Shown here one piece after another: positions 61,843 through 64,000 of a stretch of 64,000 bases of DNA. Location: NCBI GenBank assembly GCA_002684655.1, contig NYVR01000022.1:30175-94174 (forward strand). Direction: 5' to 3'. The translations under genes and the position numbers were made by a program. Position 1 is the first letter of the stretch; every line of letters starts with the position of its first letter. Source of the stretch: Planctomycetota bacterium. Lineage in GTDB: Bacteria > Planctomycetota > UBA1135 > UBA2386. The notes below the pieces were generated by a model. That model saw only the letters and a program-made list of their open reading frames with translations, was not told where the DNA came from and did no database searches.

Positions 61843-62994
61843 ATGCGACAGTGCCGCTGGTTGGGACCCTTGTTGTGGCTGCTGACTGCGGCTTGCTCCG
61901 GGGTTGCACCGGATCCGGCCGAGGTCTCGGTCGACGCTCTCCCGCTCCTGCGGCTGGACGATCAAGCCCGCAGCTTATGTGTTGAGCTCGAGGGCGAGGC
62001 CGTCGCCGCGGTCGTGTCTAGAGACTACGCCGCCGCCGCAGCTGCCGCGCAAGGAGCGCTCGAGCTGGACCCCCGCTCCGCGCGTGGGCACGCGGTCCTC
62101 GGGATGGTGGCGCTCGAGCGCGCGAGCGCGACGGAACCGGTCGACTACTACCAGTTGAGGCGCGGTGAGTCCTTGATAGCGATGGCTCAGCAGCTCGCGC
62201 CGTACGACGCCTTCGTCGGCTGGATCCGGGCTGTGTTCCTCTCTGAGTCCGGTCACCTAAGCGCCGCAGCGGTGGCGGCGGAGCACGCGCTGGAGCGGTG
62301 CATCGACGCGCCGGCCGCTGACAAAGCCGCGCTCTTGGGGATCGCTGGCACCTTCCGCTATGAGTTGGGGGAGGAGCGCGCTGCGTTTCCGCACCTGCAG
62401 GCCTACACGTCGCTGCGGCCGCGCGACGCGACGGCGCACTTTCGTCTCGGCGCGTCGCTCTTGGTGATGTCGAAGACGCCGCAGGGTGTTCCGCCACCCT
62501 ATCGACAGGCCCAGGCATACGCCGAGCAGGCTGTGGACGCCTTCCGTCGGTGCGTCGAGCTCGCGCCGGGGGACGAGGACGCTTGGCTGTCGATCGCCGC
62601 CGCGCAGCTCCGAGCAGCAGAGCTGGCGCGGCTGAAGCGAGACGGCGACGCCGACGAGCGCGCTCAAGAGGCCGCCGCATACGAGCAGCAGGCGCTGGAC
62701 CACTTGACGGCTGTGACCGAACGATTTGCAGACAGCGCCGAGGCCCGCTTCCGGCTCGGCGTGGTCGCCGGTCGGCTCGGCCGCGATGCGGCGTCGCGGG
62801 CCGCATACGAGGCGGCCTTGGCGCGCGACCCGGACCACGCCGGCAGCTTAATGAACCTCGCCGCGGCCGCGGTGGCGGCGGAGGACGTCGACGCTGCCCG
62901 GCTGCTGTTCGAGCGGCTGCTGGCGGCGGACGAGCGGCGACGGGCGCTGACCAGCGACGAGCGCGAGAGCGTCGAGGCCTGGCTCGCCAAATAG
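61843..62994 (+). CDS. TPR-repeat lipoprotein
   Basis: Lipobox LLWLLTAAC. There are multiple TPR-like repeats (e.g. ARFRLGVVAGRLGRDAASRAAYEAALARDPDHAGSLMNLA). Confidence 0.7.
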   Translation: MRQCRWLGPLLWLLTAACSGVAPDPAEVSVDALPLLRLDDQARSLCVELEGEAVAAVVSRDYAAAAAAAQGALELDPRSARGHAVLGMVALERASATEPVDYYQLRRGESLIAMAQQLAPYDAFVGWIRAVFLSESGHLSAAAVAAEHALERCIDAPAADKAALLGIAGTFRYELGEERAAFPHLQAYTSLRPRDATAHFRLGASLLVMSKTPQGVPPPYRQAQAYAEQAVDAFRRCVELAPGDEDAWLSIAAAQLRAAELARLKRDGDADERAQEAAAYEQQALDHLTAVTERFADSAEARFRLGVVAGRLGRDAASRAAYEAALARDPDHAGSLMNLAAAAVAAEDVDAARLLFERLLAADERRRALTSDERESVEAWLAK

Positions 62995-63025
62995 CCGCGG
63001 CTCAGGGGGGGGGCGGGCTACCGGC

Positions 63026-63799
63026 TCAGATCCCGAGGATGCTGTAACCGGCGTCGACGTAGAGGACCTGCCCGGTGATGCCGTTGCTCATCGGCGACAG
63101 CAGGAAGGCGGCGGTGTTGCCGACGTCTGCTTGGTCGACGTTTCGGCGCAGGGGCGCTCGCTGCGCCATCGAGTCGAGCAGTGAGCCGAAGTCACCGACG
63201 CCCATCGCGGACACCGTCTTGATCGGCCCAGCGGAGATGGCGTTCACGCGCACGCCGTGCGGGCCGACGTCGCTCGCGAGATACCGAGTTGAGGACTCAA
63301 GCGCTGCCTTGGCGACCCCCATAACGTTGTAGTTGGTGACCACCTTCTCGGCGCCGTAGTAGCTGAGGCAAACGACGCTCGCGTCGCGGCCCTCCATCAT
63401 CGGCAGCGCGCCCTTCGTGAGACCGATCAGCGACCACGCGCTGACCTGTTGGGCGAGCGCATAGCCGTCCCAAGAGGTGTCGCGGAAGTTGCCGCCGAGC
63501 TCCTCGCGCTTGGCGAACGCGATCGAGTGCACCAAGCCGTCGATGCCGTCCCACTCTTTGCCCAGCGCGTCAAAAAAGCGTTCGATGTCGCCGTCGACGG
63601 TCACGTCGCACTGCAGCAAGATCGGCGGCTTGTCTAGGTCGGCTGCGAGCTTGTTCACGGCCTCGCCCATGCGCTCGTTCTGGAAACCTAGCGCCAAGTT
63701 CGCCCCTTCTCGCTGCAGCGCCTGGGCGATGCCCCAGGCGATCGAGCGCTTGTTCGCGACGCCGAAGATCACGACGTTCTTTCCTTCCATCATGCCCAT
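63026..63799 (-). CDS. fabI: Enoyl-[acyl-carrier-protein] reductase (NADH) FabI
   Basis: KNVVIFGVANKRSIAWGIAQAL, SYYGAEKVV.NYNVMGVAKAALE (Y-x6-K), NAISAGPIKT. ATG at 63799 is preceded by gaggag. Confidence 0.9.
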   Translation of the reverse strand: MGMMEGKNVVIFGVANKRSIAWGIAQALQREGANLALGFQNERMGEAVNKLAADLDKPPILLQCDVTVDGDIERFFDALGKEWDGIDGLVHSIAFAKREELGGNFRDTSWDGYALAQQVSAWSLIGLTKGALPMMEGRDASVVCLSYYGAEKVVTNYNVMGVAKAALESSTRYLASDVGPHGVRVNAISAGPIKTVSAMGVGDFGSLLDSMAQRAPLRRNVDQADVGNTAAFLLSPMSNGITGQVLYVDAGYSILGI

Positions 63800-63880
63800 G
63801 TTCCGCTCCTCTGCTGTGTGTCGGTGGCCGATGAACATCGGCCTCGAGGGCGGCGACCATAGCGAGGGAGCCGGAAAGGT

Positions 63881-64000
63881 TCACGCCTCACGCTCGAGCG
63901 CGCCGACGAACGTCTTCGCGAAGAGCTTTCGCGAAGGCGTCGTCCAAGGCGTGCCGGGGTCGAGCCCGAACCACTGCAGTCGGCCGGGGTCGCGGACCTG
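63881..64000 (-). CDS. 3' end of an unidentified gene entering from the right window edge
   Basis: The minus-strand frame is open from 64000 to the TGA at 63883-63881 (...QVRDPGRLQWFGLDPGTPWTTPSRKLFAKTFVGALEREA*). Third positions are strongly G/C-biased. The fragment is too short to identify. Confidence 0.35.
   Translation of the reverse strand, partial: QVRDPGRLQWFGLDPGTPWTTPSRKLFAKTFVGALEREA

Overview
High-GC, densely coding bacterial chromosomal segment with about 55 protein genes and one tRNA. I found no rRNA, CRISPR array, transposase or integrase. The gene content (BatA-type double-TM/VWA proteins, many signal-peptide hypotheticals, a TMTC-like TPR glycosyltransferase, large beta-propeller proteins) resembles Planctomycetota/PVC-like or other high-GC Gram-negative lineages. 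Taxonomy cannot be settled without a database search. Recognisable content, left to right: a Met-rich secreted protein missing from the ORF track because it runs off the left edge; an HNH endonuclease; parA-parB with a parS site inside parB; a metallophosphoesterase; a large PIG-L/LmbE protein; a LemA - TPR-like - M48 protease module; a HEAT plus six-bladed propeller protein; a roughly 15 kb translationally coupled operon (PQQ-like propeller/TPR, prenyltransferase-like toroid, BatA/VWA, VWA, DUF4175-like, coiled-coil, TPR-like, NPCBM); a glycoconjugate-assembly island (FAD oxidoreductase, 2x GT2, Wzx-like flippase, GT87-like, TMTC-like GT-C/TPR); a FecBCD/E-type ABC importer; a DEDDh exonuclease plus hemerythrin-like pair; lexA; an M61 peptidase; tRNA-Arg(CCG); an ECF sigma/anti-sigma unit; an NtrC-family regulator, RluA and a histidine kinase; cyaY; an orphan moxR; a TPR lipoprotein; and fabI. 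Most interesting observations: (1) a small two-TM module (core YLPGY[S/T]VSW) occurs three times in the glycan island, once fused to the oxidoreductase and twice as a stand-alone ORF start/stop-overlapped with a GT2; (2) the Bat-like VWA operon has unusual partners, lacks its MoxR/DUF58 genes locally, and has an in-frame TGA splitting the coiled-coil gene; (3) the NtrC-family AAA+ regulator lacks the GAFTGA loop, yet a good -24/-12 promoter match sits just upstream of the neighbouring AT-richer orphan gene; (4) two long structured intergenic regions, upstream of lexA and between moxR and cyaY, may encode RNAs. All calls come from reading the supplied translations and the sequence by eye. Start codons are often uncertain because the ORF track uses alternative starts, and many long listed ORFs are antisense or out-of-frame shadows typical of high-GC DNA.
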